Assembly (NCBI RefSeq): GCF_006345805.1
Contig: NC_042997.1
Coordinates: forward strand, 144,646,001 to 144,710,000
Length of the DNA: 64,000 nucleotides
Direction: 5' to 3'
Source: Octopus sinensis
Taxonomy: Eukaryota
Position numbers and translations under genes: made by a program. This document shows, in pieces, positions 1-12,077 of this stretch. Below the pieces are notes generated by a model. That model searched no databases and was not told where the DNA came from. It saw only the letters and a list, made by a program, of their open reading frames with translations. Within the stretch, counting starts at the first letter, position 1. Each line of letters opens with the position of its first letter.

Positions 1-529
1 ACAAACAAACACAACAAAGAAAAAAACGCACAGAAAAAGTAAAACGGCCGATTGCAGGGCCTGAAATCAATTCATTCAGCCTATATCATATTACTTAATG
101 TAACTAAAATAATTCATTGACATCTTTAAGTATCCTACTCGAGTTTTTAAAGACTAATGGGATGTAGATATAATCTCTATGGTGGTTGTGGAAAAAGAGG
201 AGAAGAAGAAGGAGAAGCAGAGCAGAAGAAGAGATGGAGGAGGAGGTGGTAATATTTTTTTCTCAGCACAAACATAATCTAACAGGCTCTTGTGAGATGG
301 ATCTTCTGTCTGTTTCCCTGAAAGCCAGTCAGTTGTTTTAATGTTAGAATAAAAAGTCTGTTTTTTTCTTTCTCTCTCTCTCTTCATTTTTTTTCCCTCT
401 CATCCCTTTCTGCCAAAGAGCATAGGCTCAAAACATTAAAGACTTTTTCATTCTTCTCAAGCACCAAACTAGTACACTTGCTTATTGTTCCTTCACCTGT
501 CTTTGTCTTTTGTTTACTGTAAGTTTGAA

Positions 530-564
<35 letters not shown>

Positions 565-640
565 TTAAAATGAGAATATCTGAAATAAACTCAACCACTG
601 TCACAAATGAGAATACTAAAAATGAACCTGGCTGCTCTCA

Positions 641-860
641 AAAATTAAGTAAAATTACAGGTAAGATAATCCAGAATCCTTGTCCAGCACTGGATTGATC
701 CCAAAATCTAATCAGTTCATGCCAGTCATGAGGTAAAACATCCCTGAAAGTTTCATTCGAATCCATCAAGATGTTCTTGAGATATTTTGTCCATGGACAA
801 ACAAGCAAACAAACACGACTGAAAACAATACCTCTGCCTTCGCTAAAGCGGAGGTAATAA
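641..860 (-). mobile_element. Non-autonomous Helentron/HINE (DINE-1-like) element
   Basis: Terminal hairpin cctctgc-cttcgctaaa-gcggagg (831-854) next to an (AAAC)n tract. The - strand reads ttattacctccgc...gtattgttttc...tgtttgtttg...gatggattcgaatgaaactttcag, the layout typical of HINE-type elements. Family assignment is from recalled similarity only. Confidence 0.45.
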
Positions 861-862
861 TA

Positions 863-890
863 ACTAGCATGGCCCATGGAAATTCCACGG
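863..890 (-). mobile_element. Helitron 3' terminus fragment
   Basis: - strand ccgtgg-aattt-ccatgg hairpin followed 6 nt later by CTAG|T, the canonical Helitron 3' end. Confidence 0.5.
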
Positions 891-2362
891 TATAAGTCAG
901 TACATTTGAAAACAATATGTTAGTATATCAAACACAAGCAAGAAGTTTAAAAATTTCTTTTGATATTGTAGTCATCGCTGAAGCCAGTGCCACATGTGTG
1001 GGTTTTTTTTTAGCATGTGCGTGTGTATGTGTGTGTATGTGTATGTGGGTGTGTATACGTGTATGTGTGGGGTTGTGAGTGTTAGGTATGTGTGCATTCG
1101 TGCGCATGTGTGTGTACATGCATCTATATGTGTGTGTGTATATATATTGTGTGTGTGTGTATCTCAACCCAAATCATCTCATTTCACCTGCATTGCTAAC
1201 TCAGAAAGGGCATGAATGTCACAGACTCTCATTTTCCCCACAAGATGATAGATTTAATGGAAGAGGGAGATAGTGTGAGAGAAGTCTCTGTGTGTTTCTG
1301 TCAATGAGTGTATGCATGTGTGTGATACAGATGATTGTATGTGCTTATGAGATTCCACGTGCGTGCGTATGTGATAAGAATGCGTGTGTATGTGTATCAC
1401 AAGTGAGTGTGTGAATATGTGATGTGTGTGTAAGTATGTGGAGAATATAGGTTTATGTGATGAGTATAATATGTAGGTGTACAAATGAGAGAGAGAGAGA
1501 GAGAGAGCGCGTGTGTGTGTGTGTAGGAATAATACATAATTGCTATATGGTATTTGTTTTTGACATTTACTGAAAGGTGATTTTCCGTTTAAATGTCTGT
1601 ATTGAAGCTGTCTACTGTGCAATAAACCAAAGAAGGAATTAATGATGCTGATATTCCTTCAGGATGTCTTGAAGTAGGTGGAACCTATTCATTCTCTCTC
1701 TCTTTCTCATTTGTTCCACATCTGTTTTTCCTAGCTTGCAGAGGTTACACACATACACATTACCGAGGCTTTGCTTTTCAATCGGATGCTTTCCCTGTCA
1801 CTAACCTTTACCTATTTTTACAAATTATGGATTTTCCCTTCTGCTCATCTTTGAAAGCATAAAGACACCAAACAATTCATTAACAAGGAAATGACAACAA
1901 GCAACACCATTTATAGCAGAGGATATTTTTCATGTTAAACATAAACATTCATACAGACACATAGCTACTGATAAAGGGTATACATCCAGAAATATTAAGT
2001 TTCTCTCTGTTTCATTCATTAACATATTTATTTTCATTGTACACATTCATTTATTGCTGTTATTTCATATCATATTTCTATGCTTTCTCGGTTGCTTGTT
2101 TTGCTTGTCTGACATTGTGTATTGCTGTTTTGTCGAATCTTCACCTGATAATCTTACATGTTTTATTTGTGTGATTTTATCTAATTATATCCTTATATCT
2201 ACACAAAAAGAATCACTGCTGCTTTGGACAATGATCATAGCAACTAATATATATATATATATATAAATTTAGAAGTAGGATAAAATCTTTATAAGAAATT
2301 ATCGAGTAGTTAGCATGAAAAACCTCATAAGAAAAAAATTATTAATTTTTCCCTATAAATAT

Positions 2363-2777
2363 ATTTATTTATATTAAGGGCATTACTATACATAAATGCC
2401 TCGTGCTAGAAGGGACTCTATAAGTCAAAACTACCATAATAAACACATTGTACCAAACGCGAGGGAATGCAACTCTCAAAGCAAGCCTTTTAAAAACAGA
2501 GTCAGCTGCAGATCATATGAATTCATAATTAGTGCACAAAATGCACTTTTTAATCATCAGTGCATGCATAATCAAGACATAAAAATGAACAAAAAGAATC
2601 AACATACCAGACGAACACTAAATGTATCCAGCATAATACATAAAATTGTTCACACTATGTAAGAGGTGGGGTTTTTGAATTGCATCTTGGTACGTGTTTA
2701 TTATGGTAGTTTTGATTTGAAGAGTCCCTCCTAGCGAGAGGCATTTATGTATAGTAATGCCCTTAATATAAATAAAT
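2363..2777. mobile_element. MITE with long (~90-100 bp) terminal inverted repeats
   Basis: Left atttatttatattaagggcattactatacataaatgcctc...tcaaaactaccataataaacac is the reverse complement of the right end (2690-2777). TTAA flanks the ggg...ccc core (2374-2377 and 2763-2766). Confidence 0.8.
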
Positions 2778-2792
2778 GTGTGTGTGTGTATG

Positions 2793-2824
<32 letters not shown>

Positions 2825-2830
<6 letters not shown>

Positions 2831-3750
2831 CATCATATAAATAATGCAGTTTTTCCTATTGCAGGAACTAAAAGTTGGAGGGGGATGGGATAAATTACTT
2901 GCATCAACTTACTATAAAAGTAGGTAGTAATTTTGCCTTGTACTTATTCTTCATGCATGTTTTAAAGAGTGCAGTTCAATTTTAACAGTTATTTTTTCAA
3001 AGCTATAATGGAAATGACAAAGGAGCATTTTCATCATATTTTGCTTTATGAGTTCAATAAAGGCAACAACACAACGGAAAGTGCGAGGAATATTAATGCA
3101 ATATATGGGGATCGGACAATAGGTGTAAGCCAGTGTCAACAGCGGTTCCAGAAATTCTAAGCCAGAAACTACAGCCTAGAAGACGAGTCTCATCCTGGAA
3201 GATCTGTAGAGCTCAACAAAGACATCCTGCAAACCGGAACAAAATCCCATTGTAACTGTTGATGAACAATCAGAGAAGCTTGGATTTGGTCATTTAAATA
3301 CTCATTGACACCTGCGCTAGAAGAAAAATGACCATATTTGGTTTCAAAACAAAAAGTGGTCTTCCATCAGGATAATGCTCAGCCACATACTATGAGGATG
3401 ACATTCCAAAGCCCGGAGTAGTTTGAATGGGAAACAATGCCCCACCCACCATATTTGCCGGACATTGCCCCATCTGATTTTCATTTATTCTGCAGTCTTC
3501 AAAATCATTTCGATGGAAAAAATATGAATTCTGTAGACAAGGTAAGAACAGTACTGGAGAAGTATTTTTCATCACGGACAAGTGAATTTTGGAAGAGAGG
3601 CCTTGCAAGTCTATCAGATAGATGGAAGAGAGGCCTTGCAAGTCTATCAGATAGATGGAAGAACATTGTAGAAAATGAAGGAGATTTGTTTATCTTAATT
3701 TTGAAATATAAAAGAAGTATAAAAACTGCATTATTTATGGAATGACCCAA
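2825..3750 (+). mobile_element. mariner transposon relic, internally deleted, transposase pseudogene
   Basis: 29-bp TIRs (tagggtcatcatataaataatgcagtttt / aaaactgcattatttatggaatgacccaa) with TA on both sides. N-terminal MEMTKEHFHHILLYEFNKG...F*ARNYSLEDESHPGRS; C-terminal FHQDNAQPH and HPPYLPDIAPSDFHLF. 926 bp versus ~1.3 kb for a full mariner; contains stops and a 32-bp tandem duplication near 3591-3656. Confidence 0.93.
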
Positions 3751-6228
3751 TACACACACGCATACAAATATATACATATATATATATATGTATTTTGAAA
3801 ATATAGAAACAACATCTTCACTAACATCTTTTCTCACCTCTCACATTTCCAACAGGGGTAGTCATGTATGAGATACATACATACCCACACATACACATGC
3901 CACAAGTTTCTGTCTACCAAATTCACTCACAAAGCTATGTTTGGCCAAAGGGTATAATAGAAGACATTTGCCCAAAATACCACACAGTAGGGCTGAACCT
4001 GAAACCATATGGTCAGGAAGAAAACTTCTTAACTATACAACCATGAGTGTGTGTGTGCATGTGAATAATTTTATATCATGTAGTTAGTGAACAATAACAT
4101 TATTTGTTATAAATTTTCAGTGAAATAATCAATAGTTCTTTGCATTTACAATGAAAAGAATAGCAAAGAAAAGTCTATGTATCTCAGGTTTAAACAAAAA
4201 ATACAAGGTATTTTTGTTTGTAAAATACCACTTGACTTTTAACTTCCTGCATGACACAGTATCAAGCAAGACTTCCTTGATCAGCCAATCCTGAAACACA
4301 CGATATCACAACAATTATACTAACCATACTGACATTCATTTTTGTGAAAACGAGAAACTCTCTAATGAAGGAAAAAGAACTATATTCCTTTCTTTTATCA
4401 TTTGCCTCTGTTCTGTAACAGAATCACTACAAGACTGGAGATTTCACATAGAAACTTTTCTAAATGATGTTAGGAGTCAATTTGTCTTTTCGTTGATGCC
4501 TACATTGATGAAACACACACACTCACACACGCACGCAAATGTTTTGTTGTAGGCATGGTGGTGTGGATATGAAGTTGATTTTGTAACCATATGGCTTCTG
4601 GTTTTATCACACTGCTTGTCAGCTTGTGTGAGTGTTGCCTATCATAGCCCCGGTTTGACCTTGTAAGTGAGATTAGTAAGCAGAAACTCTTATTCCTCTG
4701 TGTGTGTATATTTGTGTTTACGTGTGTGTGTGTGTGTGTGCAAGGTATGCTGATATTTTTTATAGATACTTCTTCATTTTTGTACGACACAGACTGAGCA
4801 AAAATTGTAATGTATTTATATTTCCTTGTGAACAACACTGCGTATTGTAAACTTCAAAGACACAGAAGTCTTGTTCCTTTGAAGTTTTGAATAAAAAAAT
4901 TCCCTAACTTGCAAAACAAGTAAGCATTACCAACAATAATTGATTCTAGCTGTGAAATACTGCCTCAAATAAGTGTTTATCCAACCCATGCCAGCATAAA
5001 AAAGCAAACATAAAATGAACAAATAAATATATAGAAGTGACTGAGACCTTTGGCAGAAGACCAACCAAGCCAAGCGAAATCATAGTTGTGGCCGATACCA
5101 GTGTCATGTAACTGGTACCTGTGTTGGTGGCATGTAAAAAGTACTGTTTGAATGTTGGGCCTCATGGAAGCAGTGACAAGTGACCAAGACCTTTGGCAAT
5201 ATACTGTGCTGCAAAGGCAGTGAGCTGGCAAGAATGCTAGCACACTGGGCAAAATACTTAGCAGTAATTCCTGTCTTTTATGTTCTGAGTTCAAATTCCG
5301 CCAAGGTTGACTTTGCTTTTCATCTATTCAGGGTTGATAAAATAAATTAAGTACCAGTAGTATACTGCTGTCAATCTAATCGACTGGCTCCCTCCCCAAA
5401 ATTTCAGGCATTGTGTCTAGAAAAGAAAAGAATATACTGTGCTGTGAAAACCTGTCAAGCCAAGTGAGATGCTGGCATTGACCAACCCACGCCAGAATGG
5501 AAAACGGATGTTAACTGATGATGGCGTTGATGATGTTGCATAAGATTTCTGTATTGTTTCCACTTATCATATTTCAGTTAGAGGCTACTGTTGACCTAAC
5601 TCCTGGTTATATTAGAGTACATTTATCCATGGTTCCAAACAGTGGATTTAAACCTAGAACCAGGAGGTAAGAAAACAAAGTTCTTAACCACACAGTCATG
5701 TCTACAACCATTGAACAAATGCTTGTTTTAGGACCATTCTACAAATGTATCATATGGTATAATTAGTTGCCAAATCCAAGCCACATTTATTTTGCTGTCC
5801 AGTATAATCTTCAGTATGAATATACTCTTTCAGTTACAGAAGGTAAGATGGACTAAGAAAATGTATGAAATTCTTGATTTATTAAAGAGAATCGTTGGAA
5901 TTGACAACATAGTTATATGGTTAAGAATCTAGTTTTACACCCCCATGGTTCCAGATACGATTCCATAGAATGGTAGTTTGGCAAGTGTCTCCTATCATAG
6001 CCTCAGATGGATCAATAGCTTGTGAGTGGAATTTAGTAGAAGAAAACTATGCTGAAGCATATCATATATGTATGTATATAAGCACAGGCACAACTCAACG
6101 ATTAAGAAGCTTGCATCCCAATCATCTGATCTCAGGTTCAATTCCACTGCATGGTACTTTGGGCAAGTGTCTTTTACTATTGCCCTAGGTCAGCCAAAGC
6201 CTTTTCAGATGGAAACAGAAAGAAGCCT

Positions 6229-6509
6229 TCCAGTTCTATCGTTAAGAGATGAGGAATTATGTACATTATTTACATTTGACAGATATTTGTCCTCAACTTG
6301 TTTGCTGTTAACATTACATTTCAGCTGATACACCCTCCAGTCTTCATCAGGTGTCATGGGAAAATTTCAAACCTGGGTTCTCATTCCTGAGGTATTTTTT
6401 GATGTTATTATTATTATTATTATATATGGAGGGTATATCAGCTGAAATGTGTTAACAAAAAACAAGATGAGGACAATTATCTGTCAAATGTAAATAATGC
6501 AAATAATGT
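6229..6509. mobile_element. Penelope-like pLTR fragment in inverted configuration with 12-bp TSD
   Basis: A - strand copy (6229-~6420) and a partial + strand copy (6427-6509) share ggagggtatatcagctgaaatg...aacaagatgaggacaaatatctgtcaaatgtaaataatg. Degenerate HHR motif present; 12-bp TSD agaaagaagcct. Confidence 0.7.
6310..6355 (-). ncRNA. Degenerate minimal type I hammerhead ribozyme motif
   Basis: gacac-CUGAUGA-a-gactg(gagggtgtat)cagct-GAAA-tgtaatgtt. Core boxes are intact; stems II and III are eroded. Confidence 0.45.
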
Positions 6510-6524
6510 AGAAAGAAGCCTGTT

Positions 6525-6590
<66 letters not shown>

Positions 6591-6664
6591 TACACACACA
6601 AACAAACACACACACACACACATATATACACACACACACACACGCACTCACATATATATATATG

Positions 6665-6701
<37 letters not shown>

Positions 6702-6877
6702 TAAATATTAGGGAATATATCCAAATTTACAGGGAAAAAAAATCAGATTTAGGATTAAATCCAATTTTATAGTAAAATATTATAAAATATTATTTGAGAC
6801 AAAACCACTATTTTGCAAAACAAACAAGGAAAGACTTAATCAATACATAAAATTTAATAAATAGTCAAAAAAAACCG

Positions 6878-6920
6878 CCACTACAATCGTTTCTTGTCTT
6901 GATCGACAATCTTCAGGTGG
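6878..6920 (-). ncRNA. Minimal type I hammerhead ribozyme (left arm)
   Basis: Reverse complement of the 9071-9113 motif. Confidence 0.72.
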
Positions 6921-7050
6921 ACTTCCAATCTAAAAAATCAAAATTTTAAAATATAAAAATAATACTTTTAAATAATTAAAGTATAAATGAAAAAATATAA
7001 GTATATAATCCATATATAACCTATATATAATCCATATCGAAAATATAGAC

Positions 7051-8940
7051 TAATTACCACGAATTCCCTAAAAAAACCATGATAAAACAAAACTCTTAAA
7101 AACATATAACGATAAAATCTCCCTTTGCTAAACTCTATAACAAACCTATAAAGTAAACCCCCTAACCTAAACATTCACACACAAATACACACACGTAAAC
7201 CACAGACTCACGACTTATACACATACCTATACTAACTTATAAACCTCAATATACACCAAAACCCACTCCCTCCCCACACAGACAAATTAACACATACATC
7301 CCAAAACCTAAATAACAAACCCATATACACATTCACACACAAAACACACACTCACACGCAAAACACTCACACACAAAAGATACATATACTCCCTCACATA
7401 TACGCCTATACATACTCACTAAACTCGACATATACAACAATACTTACACACCCACAAAAAACATTATATACATTAATGAGCTTTAACTCACCTTAGCATC
7501 TCTAACAAACAACTTGCAGTAACCCAATCCCATTCTCTATGCCTACCTCACTACTACACTATTCCATTCACATTCCAAGCAACGCTAGTCCACCACCCGG
7601 TTATTCACGTGGCAAAACGAACACCACTCAAAAATTATGAATGAAACAATGTAAAAAAATAACCAACACCTAAAATAGACAAAATACCACAAATTACCTA
7701 AAAAAACCATGATAAACCAAAACTCATAAAAGCATATAACGATAAAATCTCCCTTTGCTAAACCCTATAACAAACTTATATAGCAATCCCCCTAACCTAA
7801 ACATTCACACACAAAAAACCCACACGTAAACCACAGACCCAAGACTTATACACAAACCTATACTAACTTATAAACCTCAATATACACCAAAAACCACTCC
7901 CTCCATGAGTGTGGGTGTAAATATTGTTGTATATATCGAGTTTTAGTGAGTATGTATATGCGTATATGTGAGGGAGCATATGTATCTGTTGTGTATGTGT
8001 GTTTTGTGTGTGTGTGTGTTTGTGTGTGAATGTGTATTTGGGTTTGTTATTTAGGATTTGGGATGTATGTGTTAATTTGTCTGTGTGGGGAGGGAGTGGT
8101 TTTTGGTGTATATTGAGGTTTATAAGTTAGTATAGGTTTGTGTATAAGTCTTGGGTCTGTGGTTTACGTGTGGGTTTTTTGTGTGTGAATGTTTAGGTTA
8201 GGGGGATTGCTATATAAGTTTGTTATAGGGTTTAGCAAAGGGAGATTTTATCGTTATATGCTTTTATGAGTTTTGGTTTATCATGGTTTTTTTAGGTAAT
8301 TTGTGGTATTTTGTCTATTTTAGGTGTTGGTTATTTTTTTACATTGTTTCATTCATAATTTTTGAGTGGTGTTCGTTTTGCCACGTGAATAACCGGGTGG
8401 TGGACTAGCGTTGCTTGGAATGTGAATGGAATAGTGTAGTAGTGAGGTAGGCATAGAGAATGGGATTGGGTTACTGCAAGTTGTTTGTTAGAGATGCTAA
8501 GGTGAGTTAAAGCTCATTAATGTATATAATGTTTTTTGTGGGTGTGTAAGTATTGTTGTATATGTCGAGTTTAGTGAGTATGTATAGGCGTATATGTGAG
8601 GGAGTATATGTATCTTTTGTGTGTGAGTGTTTTGCGTGTGAGTGTGTGTTTTGTGTGTGAATGTGTATATGGGTTTGTTATTTAGGTTTTGGGATGTATG
8701 TGTTAATTTGTCTGTGTGGGGAGGGAGTGGGTTTTGGTGTATATTGAGGTTTATAAGTTAGTATAGGTATGTGTATAAGTCGTGAGTCTGTGGTTTACGT
8801 GTGTGTATTTGTGTGTGAATGTTTAGGTTAGGGGGTTTACTTTATAGGTTTGTTATAGAGTTTAGCAAAGGAGATTTTATCGTTATATGTTTTTAAGAGT
8901 TTTGTTTTATCATGGTTTTTTTAGGGAATTCGTGTAATTA
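7051..8940. repeat. ~630-bp tandem unit inside the PLE arms, extreme strand skew (C/A-rich versus G/T-rich)
   Basis: taattaccacgaattccctaaaaaaaccatgataaaac at 7051 recurs as aaaataccacaaattacctaaaaaaaccatgataaacc at 7681. The units differ by many substitutions. Confidence 0.85.
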
Positions 8941-9070
8941 GTCTATATTTTCGATATGGATTATATATAGGTTATATATGGATTATATACTTATATTTTT
9001 TCATTTATACTTTAATTATTTAAAAGTATTATTTTTATATTTTAAAATTTTGATTTTTTAGATTGGAAGT

Positions 9071-9113
9071 CCACCTGAAGATTGTCGATCAAGACAAGAA
9101 ACGATTGTAGTGG
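9071..9113 (+). ncRNA. Minimal type I hammerhead ribozyme (right arm)
   Basis: CCAC-CUGAAGA-UUGUC(GAUCAA)GACAA-GAAA-C(GAUU)G-UA^-GUGG. Stem I 4 bp, perfect 5-bp stem II, CUGANGA and GAAA boxes, GUA cleavage triplet at 9107-9109. Confidence 0.72.
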
Positions 9114-9199
9114 CGGTTTTTTTGACTATTTATTAAATTTTATGTATTGATTAAGTCTTTCCTTGTTTGTTTTGCAAAATAGTGGTTTTGTCTCAAATA

Positions 9200-9230
<31 letters not shown>

Positions 9231-9231
<1 letters not shown>

Positions 9232-10405
9232 AACAGGCTTCCACTATGTTATATGTGTGTTGTCTTGACATCATGTGGTAGGATGTTGTTTGCTTCTAGT
9301 CTTCCATGAAAAGCATGTCTGGCCATGAGGAAATATAACTTTGCTTGGAAACAGATTAGAGTTGGTGACATGAAAGGCATCTGGCTCTAAAAAAATCTGC
9401 CTCGGTAAATTTTCATCTGACCCATGCAAACATGAAAAATTTGACGTTGGATGATGCTGAAGACACGTGTGTATATGTGTGTGTGTGGGTCTGTTGCCAA
9501 CGTACATTATCAAAAAAACGCAAGTATATACAAGAAAAACTAATAAAATGTTCTTTCAAGTGAAAATTCTTTTGTTCCATTCACGTTAGACAGACAATCA
9601 CTTGTCACTCTTGCTATCATAAATGCAGTGAACCAGTGATTAGCTTGTAGGAAACTTGTAACCAATGATTCTATTATTCACAGAATGTGATATTGTATAA
9701 ATTATAAAAATAAACAAATCGATGTCTTATAAGACAGAATCTGTCAGTAACTATATGCAATGCAAACGAAATCTAATCAACAGGCATTAGTATGTTAAAT
9801 CAGGAAAATCTGTTAACAAACCTGAAAACTTAATGAATTGAAATACATGTTTATTGTTTTAAAATTTACTCCAAAGATAATGAAGATTTTTTTCTAATCT
9901 TTTATAATATAACTTTTCTAATTCATATTTTATCTCTTGGTCTCTCTATCATCTCTCTTCTCATTTTCTTCCCCGTGACAGATAATTTGTCTGCAAATTT
10001 ATATATCATCATCATTGTTTACCATCCACTTTTCCATACTTGCATAAGTCAGATGGAATTTGTTGAGGCAAATTTTCTCTGACTAGACTCCCTTCCTGCC
10101 ACCAACCTCACCTGTTTCCAAGCAAAATAATATTTTCCCATAATTAGATGTGTTTTTCACAGAAGACTGGAAATAAGCAACCTCACTCATATACTCTTTT
10201 ACTTGTTCCAGTCATTTGACTGCGGCCATGCTGGAGCACTGCCTTTAGTCGAGCAAATCGACCCGAGGCTATAGTAGAAGACACTTGCCCAAGTTGCCAC
10301 GCAGTGGGACTGAACCTGGAACCATGTGGTTGGTAAGCAAGCTACTTATCACACAGCCACTCCTGCGCATATGATGATGATGCTAGCTTGATGTCTTGAC
10401 AAAGG

Positions 10406-10451
<46 letters not shown>

Positions 10452-11631
10452 ATATAAACAGGCTTCCACTATGTTATATGTGTGTTGTCTTGACATCATG
10501 TGGTAGGATGTTGTTTGCTTCTAGTCTTCCATGAAAAGCATGTCTGGCCATGAGGAAATATAACTTTGCTTGGAAACAGATTAGAGTTGGTGACATGAAA
10601 GGCATCTGGCTCTAAAAAAATCTGCCTCGGTAAATTTTCATCTGACCCATGCAAACATGAAAAATTTGACGTTGGATGATGCTGAAGACACGTGTGTATA
10701 TGTGTGTGTGTGGGTCTGTTGCCAACGTACATTATCAAAAAAACGCAAGTATATACAAGAAAAACTAATAAAATGTTCTTTCAAGTGAAAATTCTTTTGT
10801 TCCATTCACGTTAGACAGACAATCACTTGTCACTCTTGCTATCATAAATGCAGTGAACCAGTGATTAGCTTGTAGGAAACTTGTAACCAATGATTCTATT
10901 ATTCACAGAATGTGATATTGTATAAATTATAAAAATAAACAAATCGATGTCTTATAAGACAGAATCTGTCAGTAACTATATGCAATGCAAACGAAATCTA
11001 ATCAACAGGCATTAGTATGTTAAATCAGGAAAATCTGTTAACAAACCTGAAAACTTAATGAATTGAAATACATGTTTATTGTTTTAAAATTTACTCCAAA
11101 GATAATGAAGATTTTTTTCTAATCTTTTATAATATAACTTTTCTAATTCATATTTTATCTCTTGGTCTCTCTATCATCTCTCTTCTCATTTTCTTCCCCG
11201 TGACAGATAATTTGTCTGCAAATTTATATATCATCATCATTGTTTACCATCCACTTTTCCATACTTGCATAAGTCAGATGGAATTTGTTGAGGCAAATTT
11301 TCTCTGACTAGACTCCCTTCCTGCCACCAAACCTCACCTGTTTCCAAGCAAAATAATATTTTCCCATAATTAGATGTGTTTTTCACAGAAGACTGGAAAT
11401 AAGCAACCTCACTCATATACTCTTTTACTTGTTCCAGTCATTTGACTGCGGCCATGCTGGAGCACTGCCTTTAGTCGAGCAAATCGACCCGAGGCTATAG
11501 TAGAAGACACTTGCCCAAGTTGCCACGCAGTGGGACTGAACCTGGAACCATGTGGTTGGTAAGCAAGCTACTTATCACACAGCCACTCCTGCGCATATGA
11601 TGATGATGCTAGCTTGATGTCTTGACAAAGG

Positions 11632-11678
<47 letters not shown>
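9231..11678 (+). repeat. 1225-bp direct tandem duplication bounded by (TA)n
   Basis: aaacaggcttccactatg starts at both 9231 and 10456. Identical 80-aa ORFs at 9271 and 10496; only a 1-bp indel was noticed between the copies. Confidence 0.95.
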
Positions 11679-11683
<5 letters not shown>

Positions 11684-11848
11684 TCATCTGCCACAGAAAC
11701 ATATCTGGCCATTGAACTGCTCATTGTTAATAGGACAAAAGGACAAAGGGAAATATTACCTAACTTGGAAACAAGTGAGGGTTGAAAACAGTTGTAAAAA
11801 AAACCCTTCAGTTTTGACTAAGTGATTCCAGCACAAAAAATGGGATGT

Positions 11849-12077
11849 TTAACTCTTTAGTATTTAGACTGCCCATATCCAGCCCAGATATTTTATCTGT
11901 TTTATGCTCAAATCAGCCAGACCCAGACTCTCACACCTACCCTACAATGTTAGTCTAATAAATAAACAATCACATTATCAGAATCTCAAAGCTACAAAAT
12001 AATATAGGATTATTTCAAAACAATGTGAGTAAAGAAGCATTACATTTGACAGAGTAATAAAAATACTGAAGGGTTAA
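11849..12077. mobile_element. TTAA-flanked (piggyBac-like) MITE
   Basis: ttaa-ctctttagtatt ... aatactgaaggg-ttaa. The same family occurs at 34630-35081 and 49638-49865. Confidence 0.75.

Larger units (their letters stand above)
6074..6540 (+). mobile_element. SINE family A copy interrupted by a PLE fragment
   Basis: Head aagaagcttgcatcccaatcat...ggttcaattccactgcatggtactttgggcaagtgtc; the body resumes after a duplicated agaaagaagcct (6217-6228 and 6510-6521). Confidence 0.75.
6696..9208. mobile_element. Penelope-like element remnant forming a large inverted repeat
   Basis: Arms 6781-7904 and 8089-9208 are near-identical reverse complements around a 184-bp spacer. Each arm carries an HHR motif and an internal ~630-bp tandem unit. 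Both ends lie in (TA)n. No RT or GIY-YIG ORF remains. Confidence 0.7.

Noticed and set aside
7000-8950. Mitochondrial insertion (NUMT) suggested by the strong C/A versus G/T skew
   Set aside because: No mitochondrial protein, rRNA or tRNA motifs recognised. The segment is tandemly repeated and linked to a hammerhead/pLTR-like end.
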